Of a DNA stretch of 64,000 bases, positions 24,750-36,630 are shown piece after piece. The notes under the pieces were generated by a model, which searched no databases, was not told the DNA's origin, and saw only the letters and a program-made list of their open reading frames with translations. The translations under genes were made by a program, and so were the position numbers. The stretch's first letter is position 1. Every line of letters starts with the position of its first letter. The stretch is from Hydrolagus colliei (lineage: Eukaryota): assembly GCA_035084275.1 (NCBI GenBank), contig CM068742.1, positions 21,514,001 through 21,578,000 on the forward strand, in the 5' to 3' direction.

Positions 24750-26034
24750 GTTAGCACAGATTGTTATTCTTATGAACTTGTCATAATGGCACAGAACCTG
24801 ATGAACGTATGTTACTTTTTTAATCTCAGGAAGCAGGGTCTGTCCAAGCCAAGGGTGCCTGTGTTGTGGATGGCATTTTCTCCAGACTTGGGTTCCCAAT
24901 GCACGTGACACTATATGCTGTATGGGAGAAAATGCACTTTGTGCTGCTGTCCCTTTTTCCAGCGGTCACACAAATAGCAACAATGCAATCTGCTTGTCCC
25001 TTGTCTTGTCCGCTCTACCATCGGAAACTCTGTAACTGCTTGCATCAATCAGTCTGCCTTGCCTCCTCTTTGCTTATTTTCAGATTGCACCTGAAGACTT
25101 GCCTCTTCGACCATGCCTACAGTCTCTGTTCCTTTCACTTCTGCTCCCAACTGTAACAATGCTATATGTGTCAGCCTGGCTCAGTTGGGAGCACTCCCTT
25201 CTCTTAGTCTGGAGCTTGTCGGTTCAAGTTCCATATTGGGACTCTGAATTCAGTCTAAACCAGTGGTGGCTAACCTTTATGATCAGCCAACAAAATAAAT
25301 TATCATGCTGAGTCCACTCTTTGAAACAGGGGAAGTAATCCCATTAATAATATTGATACTTCAGTGTTCCCTCTGCCGTTCATGCTGTTTCATTATTAAT
25401 AATAATAATAAATAGTCCTTTGATTTGATATATTACTCTTTATATCAAGGGGACAATGTACTTCACAAGATATACTGCGTATTTGGAGATGTACAGGGCA
25501 ATGCATTTGCACCACACATTATTCCATAAACAGCCATGAAGTGAATGACCAATCAGTCAGTAGGCTAGATTCACTGGAGAACTCTTTACGAATAGGTTCA
25601 TGGGATCTTTAACAAACACGTTTATGCCAAAAATCAAGAAATATTCAATTCAAGATAAAGCTGAAAACAGACTACCAATTAACTTGTACTTACCCTAGAA
25701 GAGTGCCAATGTTTTTGTTTGGAGGGTAAGGGTGGTTTGGGGAGCTTCACAATCGCCCCACAGCCACAGTTTGGCCACTGGTCTAAACATACACTCCAAT
25801 GCAGCTGCACTGTGGAAAGTGCTATCCTTCAAATGAGACGATAAACTGAGTTTGTGTCTGTCTATTCATGTGTACCTTAGAGATCCTATGGCAATATTCA
25901 TAAAGAGAATAAACCACACTGGAAATGTATTTGGGATTAGAAGCTGAGTGTTCCATTGAATTTAGTGAGGTTGATATGCAGTTCTGGGAGCCATGAATCC
26001 TCAGAATTACAAGCATTTAAGTGAAATTTAGTTA

Positions 26035-26415
26035 ATAATAATAATCCTTGCATTTGATATAGTGCTTTTCATGCCAGCTGGACGTCTCAAAGCGCTTCAC
26101 AGAATATACAAATGTTTGTGGGACACTGATGTGTGTAATTGGCTGACGCGTTGCTCCCTCAAATATACAGTTAATTTACTTTACAGTGTATTCTATGAAG
26201 CCCTTTGAGATGTCTAGAAGACGGGAAAAGCGCTATATCAAATGCAAGGATTATTTATTATAAATGAATTGATTGTATATATGTGGGCGAAATATATATG
26301 ACGCACAGAAGTGTCCCTCAAACAGTCATGGATTGAAATGGTCAACTTGTTATTTTTTTTTGTAAGCCTTCACTTGTAAGGCGAGTGCTCTAACGACTGA
26401 GCTACGGGACTCCTC
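26035..26415 (-). mobile_element. tRNA/Deu SINE with internal rearrangement
   Basis: Tail at 26035, an inverted Deu/tail piece at about 26110-26255, and the tRNA-like head reverse complement at 26375-26415. Confidence 0.75.
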
Positions 26416-26547
26416 AAGCTACAGTACTCCATGAGATGTTTGTCCCACAAGAAAAGTGCTATGTCAGTGCAAGTTATTGCTGTGATAAGGATTATATATT
26501 GCTTAGTTTCTGCCTTGTTTACTTCTAATTTCTGTTTTGTTTGACAG

Positions 26548-26626
26548 ATACCTCTTTAAAAGTGGGAATGTAGAACACCCAGGAGACAAACTTTTCAATA
26601 CAACCGTAGAGGTTTTACCAGCAGAC
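26548..26626 (+). CDS. MGAT4B-like: MGAT4-family exon ([26 protein letters not shown])
   Basis: tttgacag|ATACCTC...GCAGAC|gtaagt. 79 nt, phase 2 to 0. Matches MGAT4B FFFRSGNIEHPEDKLFNTSVEVLPFD. Confidence 0.95.
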
Positions 26627-26876
26627 GTAAGTAATTTAATGTATAAATGCTAGAAGCTCCTGGCTAACCAGCCTACTTGGTAAGTGAAACATTTATGTGA
26701 TATCACATCAGTACCTTGCTTAACTTAATCGTTTAGTATTATGCACATATTATGCACCCCATTTGCCCACATAAAATTTGCACTGAAATCTCAACTTGCA
26801 ACTTGGCCTTTTATTGCTTTGACAAAGAGAAACATAATAATACTTGCATAATTTCATCTCACCCGCCAAACAATTA

Positions 26877-27187
26877 ATAATAATCCTTGCATTTGATTTA
26901 GTCCTTTTCCGTCTTCTAGACGTCTCAAAGTGCTTCACAGAATACTGTATACTGTAAAGTGAATTGACTGTATGTTTGTGGGCGAAACGTGCCAGCCAGT
27001 TGCACACAGCAGTGTCCCACAAACAGTTGTGGATTGAAATGACCAATTATTGTTTTTTTTCTTGAGGGATTATTATCAGACGTGTGGAGTAAGGAAACTT
27101 GCCCAAGTTTTCATCCTGGCTGGGAATTGAACCCACGTCTCTCACTTGTGTGGCGAGTGCTCTGACCACTGAGCAACAGGGCTCCTG
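26877..27187 (-). mobile_element. tRNA/Deu SINE
   Basis: Complete head-core-tail order on the minus strand, same family as 5571-5907. Confidence 0.87.
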
Positions 27188-27539
27188 TGAACAGTCATGT
27201 TATTGAGCAGTCATGATACCTGATAATTGGAATTTAATGAATATTGAGATATCTCTCTTGTTGAATCTTATAAAAATAATTCCAAGTTTATCAGCATCTC
27301 AAGGATCTTTTAAAATTCTTTTATTTACAGATCTTTGTTGGGAAACAGAGTTAAAGAGAATGCTTTGTTCAAGATCTAGATGCCCCCTCCCCTCGATGTT
27401 CCAAGTGCATATTAGGGCACAGAGATAATCTGGTTTGTGCTGATTCTCAGCTGTAACAGAAGTTGAGGGCACAACATTAACTTCAGCACCTTGGGAAAAA
27501 ATTATCTGAGTTCCTACTTTTGACCGTTATACACATAAT

Positions 27540-27872
27540 AATCATAATAATCCTTGCATTCGATATAGCGCGTTTCACATCTTATCGACGTCCCAAAGCG
27601 CTTCACAGAATATACTGTAAAGTGAATTGACTGTATATTTGTAGGTGAATTGCGGCAGCCAATTGCGCACAGCAGTGTCACACAAACAGTCATGGATTGA
27701 AATGACCAATTCTATTATTGTGTTTTTTTGGGACGGATTATTATTAGGCGTATGGAGTAAGGAAACTTGCCCAAGGTTTCACCCTGACCTGCCTGGATTC
27801 GAACACAGGTCTTCCCAGCTTGGTCTCCCCAGCTTGCAAGACAACTAACCACTAAGCTACAGGAGCTCCACA
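27540..27872 (-). mobile_element. tRNA/Deu SINE
   Basis: Close to 5571-5907, including the CCCAGCTTGGTCTCCCCAGCTTGC insert in the tRNA loop. Confidence 0.88.
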
Positions 27873-27994
27873 TAATAACACTACACAATGATCTCTGTTG
27901 GAACACGCTTTTAACCTGCATTGAAAAATTGAATTTGTTTAATGATGTTGTATTAATGATTCTTTTTGACCTCTCTTTTCTGTCAATCTTTCAG

Positions 27995-28082
27995 AGGAGT
28001 GTCCTTGAGAAAAAATCGTTGCAAGACTTTAGCGTCAAAGACCCCAAATACAAAATAACAAAAGATGGATATTTAAAAATAG
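27995..28082 (+). CDS. MGAT4B-like: MGAT4-family exon (RSVLEKK...DGYLKI)
   Basis: ctttcag|AGGAGT...AAAATAG|gtaaga. RSVLEKKSLQDFSVKDPKYKITKDGYLKI(G), ending in the conserved DGYLxIG. 88 nt, phase 0 to 1. Confidence 0.92.
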
Positions 28083-28641
28083 GTAAGAAATGTTTTGAAT
28101 GTGTTTGCATCACTAATATCCAGCTATCATAAAAGGAGATACAAAATACAGACTTCTGTCATTAATTGGTGTAATGCACGTGTCAACCCATAGGTACACC
28201 AGTAACTGGAAACAGACGTCATCACACTAGAGTTCCACGGTTTAATAGCATGACCTACTTATGACTTAAGGATTATTTTACTGGCATTCTTTGCAACTCC
28301 ATCACTAAAATGAATCACATTACAAATTGTCTTATTTGAGACACCAATGTGTATAGAATACCATGATTACAAAGAGTTGCATGTCCCAGTATGTGACATA
28401 CAGCTGGGTCCTGTATGTCACATATTGTTACAATTACTATCTATGGATCTGTCCTCATGCCCTGATGGAGAATTATGGGAAAACTGGCAAGAGTGTTGTT
28501 TCTCTCCAGCGCAGCATTTGCATTGAGCTTTGCATCAGTTGATATACAGATGAACAGGCTGGCAAATCTCACCCATGGATTGATCCAGTTGGAGTTCAGT
28601 ATCATAGCTTCTCCTATCTTGAAATTCATTCAACTATGCAT

Positions 28642-30555
28642 TAGGGAACCGCGATATGGGATTTTTCCGGATATGGATATATCGGTTGGCTCATACCTGC
28701 TTAAACCGATCTATCGAGTTTTTATACTGCGCATGCGCGTGTATTCGAAGTGCTCGTGCATTGATGGCGCGCGCATTTATGGTGCGCGCTCAGTCGCGGT
28801 GCACGCGCATTGACGGTGCGTCCGCACTGACGATGCGCGCGCAGTCGCGGTGCACGCACATTTCGAAATGCGTGCTCTAGGTCCAGAAAGTTTGTAATGT
28901 TGGTGTCAAGGTCTGTTGAATTATACGATGTTGTTTGCTCCCTACCTCCCCCTCTCCTTCTCTCCCTCCTCTCTCCTTCTNNNNNNNNNNNNNNNNNNNN
29001 NNNNNNNNNNNNNNNNNNNNNNNNNNNNNNNNNNNNNNNNNNNNNNNNNNNNNNNNNNNNNNNNNNNNNNNNNNNNNNNNNNNNNNNNNNNNNNNNNNNN
29101 NNNNNNNNNNNNNNNNNNNNNNNNNNNNNNNNNNNNNNNNNNNNNNNNNNNNNNNCCTTTCCCCTTGCTCCTTCTCTCCCTCCTTTCCCCCTCTCCTTCT
29201 CTCCCTCCCTTCCCCCTCTCCTCTCTTCCTCTCTCCTTCTCTCCCTCCTTTCCCCTCGCTCCTTCTCTCCCTCCTTTCACCCTCTCCTTCTCTCCCTCCC
29301 TGTTCTCTCTTCCTCGCTCCTTCTCTCCCTCCTTTCCCCCTCTCATTCTCTCCCTCCCCTCTCTCCTTCTCTCCCCCCTTTCCCCTCGCTCCTTCTCTCC
29401 CTCCTTTCCCCCTCTCTTTCTCTCCCTCCCTCTCTCTTCCTCTCTCCTTCTCTCCCAACTCTCCCCCTCTCCTTCTCTCCCTCCATCTCTAAACACAAAA
29501 TAGAACACACACACACCAAAAACAAAATCTAGAGATTTATTCTCCTCCATTTCTTGCTTGAAACTAGCATGTAATGTCCACGTGTAAATGAGATCTATTA
29601 CAATAGAAAAGAGAGAGACAGACAGTCTAACTGTTAGAGTTAGAAGCCAGATTATCACTGTTTCTATGTGTGTGTCTGACTACACACACACATAGAAGCA
29701 GTGATAATCTGGCTTCTAACTCTCTCACACACAAAAATAACACTTACAGCCACAAAATGCCACTTATTCTTATGTAGTCTGAAGTCTGAATTAATGTCCT
29801 TCGCCATTGGCAAGCTCTCCTTTGCTATGCAAAAAATGACAGCGTTCGTGATACTTTGCCACTTTTTGTCCCCTCTCTGGTACAATGTTCTCCTCTTAAA
29901 TAAAGCAGGAATTGTTTGAGCTGCACTGGCCCCACTACCTGTCGCTTTCTCCGAAGCGCTGGTTCGACTTCCTGCTGTTGTCGACAATGATTTCGCTCTG
30001 AGGGCAGCGTGCTGGGCGGGGTGGTGCTGCTTAATGTGTTGTCGCAGGTTGCTCGTGCTCGAATCAGATGTCTTAACCAAGACCTTGCAAACTGTACATC
30101 TATACACACCATTACTGACTGCATTGTTTTCAAAGTAGTCCCATCAGGGGCTTCTTTTCCCCATGATGAGAAAGGTAAATTTTCAAACTACAATTTTCAG
30201 CGATGCGACTTTGTTAAGACGCCACGACTAACGTCGAGTATACACAGTAAAGTGTGCGCGCGCATCGGATGTGCGCGCCCGTTAATTGTGCGCGCGCACC
30301 GAATGTACGCGCATTCCATGCTCTAGGTCCAGGAGGTGGCAATGCCGGCGACAAGGTAAGCTGGAAAAGATCGCATTACACTGATAATACCAACAATATT
30401 GATATATTGCCAGGAACGATATTAAAAATATAACGATGTATATTTTTAAAATCGAATCTCTCGATATAACGGTTTTTTTAGAATCACCATATCGGCATAC
30501 CGATCTGAAAATCATATCGGGTTTAATCGAAAAACTGATACATCGCCGTTCCCTA
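28642..30555 (-). mobile_element. Internally deleted hAT DNA transposon, copy 2
   Basis: TIRs TAGGGAACCGCGAT (one mismatch) and ATCGCCGTTCCCTA, with exact 8-bp TSD CTATGCAT (28634-28641 and 30556-30563). Colinear with copy 1, N gap 28981-29155. The BED ORF has GTA>TGA at codon 7. Confidence 0.95.
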
Positions 30556-31342
30556 CTATGCATACAAGTTATGGGCAGTGTGCCCCATTGCCCCAATCCC
30601 ATGCCCATCATCAGTACCTTCATTGAGTGGTTGGAGGAGCACCTAGTGCACCAGGTTAATCTGGGGAATTCAGTATCCAGAAAGAATAATCATCTGACCA
30701 GACACCAACAATGGTCCAACACTTGCACAGGACCCAACATTACTGCCATTATGCTCGATGATGACATTAAAGCCAGTATGACAAATTGTAAGATTGAGGT
30801 CTATTTTGGTGGATTTACACAAGTGTTCTCAAAAAGTCAATCCTGCAGATACTTAGCTGTGATGTGCATCCATTTACTGTACAGAATCAATATTCCCAAG
30901 TTTTTTTAAAAAATTGTTGGGACTTACAGTTTCAACTCTGTAATGTAGAACACCTCAAAGCATCCCTCTCTGTACAAGAATGCGTATATCTATCATATAT
31001 ATAGGACCGCATATACAAATGCATCTTGCGTGCCAGATCGAATCATACAAAGGATCACTCATTTCAGTTCATTTTGACTACATGGGATGAAGTGATAATT
31101 ACTCTTTCATTTGATATAGTGCTTTATCATGTTATCAAGGCACCTAAAAGTGTACTGCAAATTGACGCAAACTTAAATATCTTATACCCCATATCAAAGC
31201 TATAGAGCAAATGACACATCAATATGGAAATCTGTAGAACAATTACCCCAAAGTACATCTACAAAGGGTAGGTTCAGGTTATCATTGCAATGTTTAGAAT
31301 GTGGCAATACTGTTGAGGCCCAAGATATTACCAGATACTTGA

Positions 31343-31738
31343 ATGCTCCAAACATATCAGCTTTTGAAAGCTTCTGGCACCAGATTCGTTTTAGAATGCA
31401 TGTCAAGTACCGAGCATGATAGAACTTGCAGTACACCCGCTAGATCAGCAAATATGATAATCTTGAGGAGTCTTGTTGACAATGAGTTGGGAAATTTACT
31501 ACACCGCCAAAATGATACAGCTTTGACCCAAACATTTAACACAAATCCCATCGCTTTTATTATGTGTGCCATTTCATTCCAAGATTTTTCAAGCATTTTG
31601 CGGTTTGAAGATAGTGACTTGATGCAACTAAAGGCTTGCCAATATCATCAGCTAGCCAACTATATTGCTTTTATCTATCTGAAGGTGAGCACTCCTCTCC
31701 TAGAATGTTACTCAAAGCATGTATCAGGAGTCCATTAA
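31343..31738 (+). pseudogene. Possible very old piggyBac-like transposase remnant
   Basis: PIAFIMCAISFQDFSSILRFED has the M-x4-F-x7-RFxD spacing of the piggyBac TMSxxRFxxIxxxLRFDD motif. No TIR or TTAA TSD seen. Confidence 0.3.
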
Positions 31739-32794
31739 AGCCCTGCGCAGTATCAATGGTGATATGCATCCACGTTTACCGATGGTCTCTCACATTATCC
31801 AATGCCTCTCTACCTCACCATTTATTGCTGATAATGTACATCCCACATTTTAGAAGGTAACTGACCATACTGGGAGGTGAATATTTATCCCCTGTATCCC
31901 TCTGGTTCCATCTGACTCTGAACTAGTTTTGAACATGGAAGTATCACCAATTCTCCATCATCCTGTTCACAGGAACAGATAACATTGGCCTATATTTTTA
32001 ACAGCATTTTTCTCACATGAAAACAATACATCACATAACGATTTCTTATACCTCTGGTCTCAAATGTTTCACTGTATCATATCAAATGTTTTACACCCCA
32101 ATGTATTGAATTAACTTGCATCAACAATAGCATTGCGACATGATCGACTATTTTCTAACTATCTATCTATACTAATAAAAACAAGTGTTGATTTAGAGAT
32201 AACAGCATCAGAAATATGATGTTTGTTATGGTCTTGAAATGTAAGATTAGAAAAAAATGTGAAAAATTCATTCTTAAGTATTTTCCTAATTGTTTTCCAA
32301 AATTGCTAAACAAAACTATGGAATAATTGTTCTTAGAAATTAAGACTGACCAACATCTTTGCCAAATTCTTAATTTTTCAGATGGTGGACTGAAGGTTAA
32401 GACCAAGTGAATTTCAGGCCTTCACACCAATAGCCAAACAGTATAGAGCTTAAACGGTTCCAGAAGAGTATTTGTCAACATTATTGTCAGTGAGCTCCCA
32501 TGGGAGATTGGCCAGTTCTTTACAAAAGTTTTTGAAGGTGTACGATTCCAAGATACTGGGCTTTACTTTGAGAGATTGGTTTACAGCTATTATGAATTTG
32601 CATTAATGAGAAAGATAAAGCATTGTGAAGTGAATAAAAAATTCAAATGAATAAGACTGGGGCAAAGGATTCCATTTACTGTAAGCAACAGAGATGCTAA
32701 CCTTGCTTCTCTTTGTCCAAAGGAGCCCTGAGAAGGCAATAATGTGTTTTTCTTTCTTCCCAACATTAGACACAAAAACTTATGAGAACATGGA

Positions 32795-33015
32795 ATGGAA
32801 TTCACTACCCCAGAAGGCTGTAGATGCTCAGTCCTTGAACATTTTCAAGGCTGAGACTGATAGATTTTTTTTTAAATAGAGGGATTAGGGGATATGGGAA
32901 TAGGGCAGGTAATTAGAGTTAGATCAGAAGATCAGCCATGATCTTATCGAATGGAGAGGCAGGCTTGAGGGGCCGAATGGCCTACTCCTGCTCCTAATTC
33001 TTATGTTATTATGTC
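32795..33015 (+). mobile_element. CR1 3' end fragment
   Basis: WNSLPQKAVDAQSLNIFKAE.DRF, 3' UTR GGCCGAATGGCCTACTCCTGCTCCTAATTCTTATG and a tail. Confidence 0.85.
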
Positions 33016-33324
33016 CTAACATGTGGAATTGTACACTAGGCGTTCGCAATAAAAAATATGTATTTTCAGTCAAATTTATCCTTTAATGTGCTTTAATTTC
33101 ATAAACAAAATTAAAATACATTTCTTTTCCAAATTTTGAACATTTAATTTGTGGATTTATAGTTAAATAGTTATTTCCTTATATAACAAGATATGTATAT
33201 GTTATTTATGGCATTTGACCAAAATTGTCGAGTTCATAACAGCCTATGGACATTTCTGACTATGCTATTCAGAAATGGCTAGAAACTACCCCCCAAATTA
33301 ATTTAATGGCGCGATTACGCCAAC

Positions 33325-34500
33325 TTGATGTCTGACAGGCTTGTCGGAGTTTGTAACACTTCCCTCCACATCCAGAACTCTGCAACTCATGTTCTCTACC
33401 ACACCCGGGTCTACGACCCTAATACCCTACCCTCACCCGTCTCCACTGGCACCTCATCCCCCATCCCCAGAGGATGGAGTTCAAAATCCTTGTCCTCGCA
33501 TTCAAAGCCTTTGGCCTTGCTATTTCCTACTTCTGTGACCTGCTAACAACAAACCAACCTGTCTGCTTCCTCCACTCAGCAGACTCCAGCCCACTGCCCG
33601 GCCTCTTCCACCATTGCCGGTTGGGCCTTCAGCCTCTTTGCCACCACACTTTGGAACTCCATCCCACAGTCCCTTTGCGTCGCTCCCACTTTTGCCTCCA
33701 TCAAAGCCCATCTCAAGACCTTAACTTCAACCACACATATGGCCACCCACCCAACTCCTACCCTCCCTGTCTTCCACCTCTTCTGATCACATTCCCCTGC
33801 TTGGGTCCAAATCACTGATTGTCCAGTGGCTTGGTTTGTCCTCCCGACATGAAAAGCACAACAACAACAATGCTGTACAACAATTTGTACAGCACTTTTC
33901 ACGTCAGGAGGACATCCCATGGTACTGAACAATCAGGGGGCAGGACCCAAACATGGTGGGGGGAATGGGGAGGCAGATTTTGGATGAGGGAGTTCAGAGA
34001 GGTAGGAGGCGGTCAAAAAGGAGGGTCTTAAGACAGGCCTTGAAGGGAGCAAGAGAGGGAGCAAGTCAACGGGATTGTGGGATGGAGTTCCAAACAGTGG
34101 GGGCAAAAAGGCTGAAAGGGTGAAAGCCTGGATCGGGTGAGAGACATGGTCGGAGCCTGCTGAATGGAGGGAGTGGACAAACTAAGGGGTCAGAGAGGTA
34201 GGAGGGGCCTTGAAGGTGAGGACGAGGATCTTGAATTCGATCCTCTCGGGAGCCAGTGGAGCTGGGTGAGGGTGGGGGAATTGCAGTTGTGGATCCTGGT
34301 GCATGAGAGGACTTGAGCTGCAGAGTTTTGGATGATCTGCAGCTTGTGGAGGAAAGAGTTGGGGAGGCCGACAAGTAGGAATTTGCTGTAGTTGAGCCTT
34401 CAGGTGACAAACGTGTGTGTGAGGGTTTCTGCACACGTTTCTGCATCCTGAGGGGTGAGGCATTGGCAGAGTCGGGCGATGTTGCAGAGGTGGTAGAAGC
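33325..34500. mobile_element. Two L2 3' fragments in opposite orientation (33325-33900 +, about 33990-34500 -)
   Basis: IQNSA and EFKILVL motifs on each strand, with L2 3' ends at about 33830-33930. Confidence 0.75.
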
Positions 34501-34512
34501 CAATGCTTGTCA

Positions 34513-34842
34513 TAATAATAATAATAATCATTGCATTTGATATAACGCCTTTCACATTTTATCGACTTCTCAAAGCGCTTCACAGAATATACTGTTAAGT
34601 GAATTGACTGTATATAGATTTGTGGGTGAAACGCGGCAGCCAATTGCACACAGTGGTGTCCCACAAACAGTCGTGGATTGAAATGACCAATTTTTAATAT
34701 TGTGGGGTTTTTTTGGACGGATTATTTGGCGTGTGGAGTAAGGAAACTTGCCCAAGGTTTCGTCCTGATCTGCCTGGATTCGAACACAGGTCTCATGCTT
34801 GTAAGGCGAGTGCTCCAACTATTGAGCTACAGGAGCTCCACA
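34513..34842 (-). mobile_element. tRNA/Deu SINE
   Basis: Complete head-core-tail order. Head reverse complement GGAGCTCCTGTAGCTCAATAGTTGGAGCACTCGCCTTACAAG. Confidence 0.88.
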
Positions 34843-34984
34843 TGGCACCGATACAGGGGAGAAAGGACAGTTTCAGGGTCAAACAAGACACACAGGTTCC
34901 TGACTGGCATGGTGAAGTGGATTGTGCATCCATGGATGCTGATGCTGCCATTGTCTGAGGTGTGGAGGCGCAACCTGCACCCTA

Positions 34985-35850
34985 ACCACAACAACAACAA
35001 AATTGCATTTATATAGCGCCTTTTGCATTGGGAGGACGTCCCAAAGCGCTAAACAGTCAGGTTGGGATCCAAGCGCGGGGGTGGAGGCCGGGGGAAGGGG
35101 AAGGAGAGTGGGAGACAGGGAAGAGTTAAGGTGGGGGAGCCAAAGGCGCGGTCGAAGAGGAAAGTCTTGAGACCGGCCTTGAAGTAGGAAAGGGAGGAAG
35201 CAAGGCGGAGGGGTTACGGGATGGAGTTCCGGGTTACGGGATGGAGGCTGAAAGCCCAGCCACCGATGATTGGGCAGTTAGTGCGATGGACGTGGAGCAG
35301 GCCTGAGTCTGCTGAACGGAGGGTGCGGACAGGCTGATAGGGAGACAGCAGGTCAGAGAAATAGGCGGGGCAAGGCCATGAATGGCCTTGAAAGTGAGGA
35401 TGAGGATCTTGAATTCGATCCTCTGGGGGATGGGGAGCCAATGGAGATGGGCGACGGTGGGAGTGATGTTGTCGCGAAGCCTGGGGAGGCCTAGGTGTAC
35501 AGGAGAGTACGCGAGCTGCAGAATTCTGAATGATAAAAGTAGTGGCGGAGTCTGGCAATATTGCGGAGGTGGTGGAAGGCTGTGCCGGTCATGGAGCGAA
35601 TGTGGGGGAGGAAGGATAGTTTGGGGTCAAACAAGATGCCTAGATTCCTGATTGGCTTCGAGAGGTGGAGAGAGCAGCCTTGAACGCTGATGTTGTCAGC
35701 GCCTGAGGTGGGGAGACACTGACATGAGCCAATCAGGAGGGCCTCTGTCTTGTTGACATTGAGCTGTAGGAAATTTGCCCTCATCCAGGACTCAATGTTG
35801 GACAGACATGCAGTCAGAACGCCAGTAGTCCTGGAGTCGAGGGTGTGCGT
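34985..35850 (-). mobile_element. L2-type LINE 3' fragment
   Basis: [36 protein letters not shown] motifs and an (aac)n tail. Confidence 0.88.
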
Positions 35851-35859
35851 GGAGACCCC

Positions 35860-36630
35860 TGACTCGAACCCTAACCCTAACCCCCAACCCGCACTCTAAC
35901 CCTAATGAGAACCCTAACCATAACCTCCATCCAGAAACCTATTCCCCCAAACCTTTCTCCCACACAAAAAAATATATTCTTACTTAAGGAAAGAAGCAAA
36001 CCCAAACGAAATTTGACAAAACCCCAGCACAGGGCGTTATCAGGAAAATACGAGCCACGTAAATCAAGATCCCCAAAATTTATAAAACCTAACTCCTGCG
36101 AGTGCCATGAATGTTTCTCTATGAAAAAACCCAAACCAGTAAACACAGAAATTTTTTTCAAGCACATGGCTGTTACTGTGATTATAAAGCTGGTCTAGTT
36201 TGAGAAAATCATTTGTGCTGCCAGACAAAATGGGATCACAAATTGAGAGAGGGCAAGGATTGAATGTGAACCTAGGCCTACATTCCCAACCTAGGAAAGC
36301 AAAGGCAAAAACAAACTCCAAAAAAACAGAAAAAGTGCACATCAAGAACCCTTCCTAAAACTAACAAAACTAACGCAGGGCTGCTCAAAAAATTAAACGA
36401 AACTAAACTTAAAAAACATAAAACCAAATTCCGGAATAAACACACAAATGCCAGCAGATATAATTGGAGCGAATAGAATATAATTTAATAAATGAAAACC
36501 CAAGCAGACAATTCACAGCAAATACCCTAGACAGGCTAAATAGTTTAGCCTTTAAACATTAGAATAAAACAATGGCCAACAAAAGAATACACGGAGAGAG
36601 GGCCATTAGCACTCAAACACACTAAACACA
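35860..36630 (+). mobile_element. Penelope-like element, upstream 5'-truncated unit: CCCTAA tract plus collapsed ORF2 (RT N-terminus and GIY-YIG remnant)
   Basis: Frameshifted motifs in the expected order: PNLS (about 35948), FIKPNS(C)E resembling PF.PKS.WEP (about 36079), PDKMGSQI resembling PADKGS.I (about 36220), KCQQI(Y)IG resembling C...YIG (about 36447), LE*N.W and KRIHGER.IS resembling QRR.AER.WI (about 36560-36610). Highly degenerate. Confidence 0.55.
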
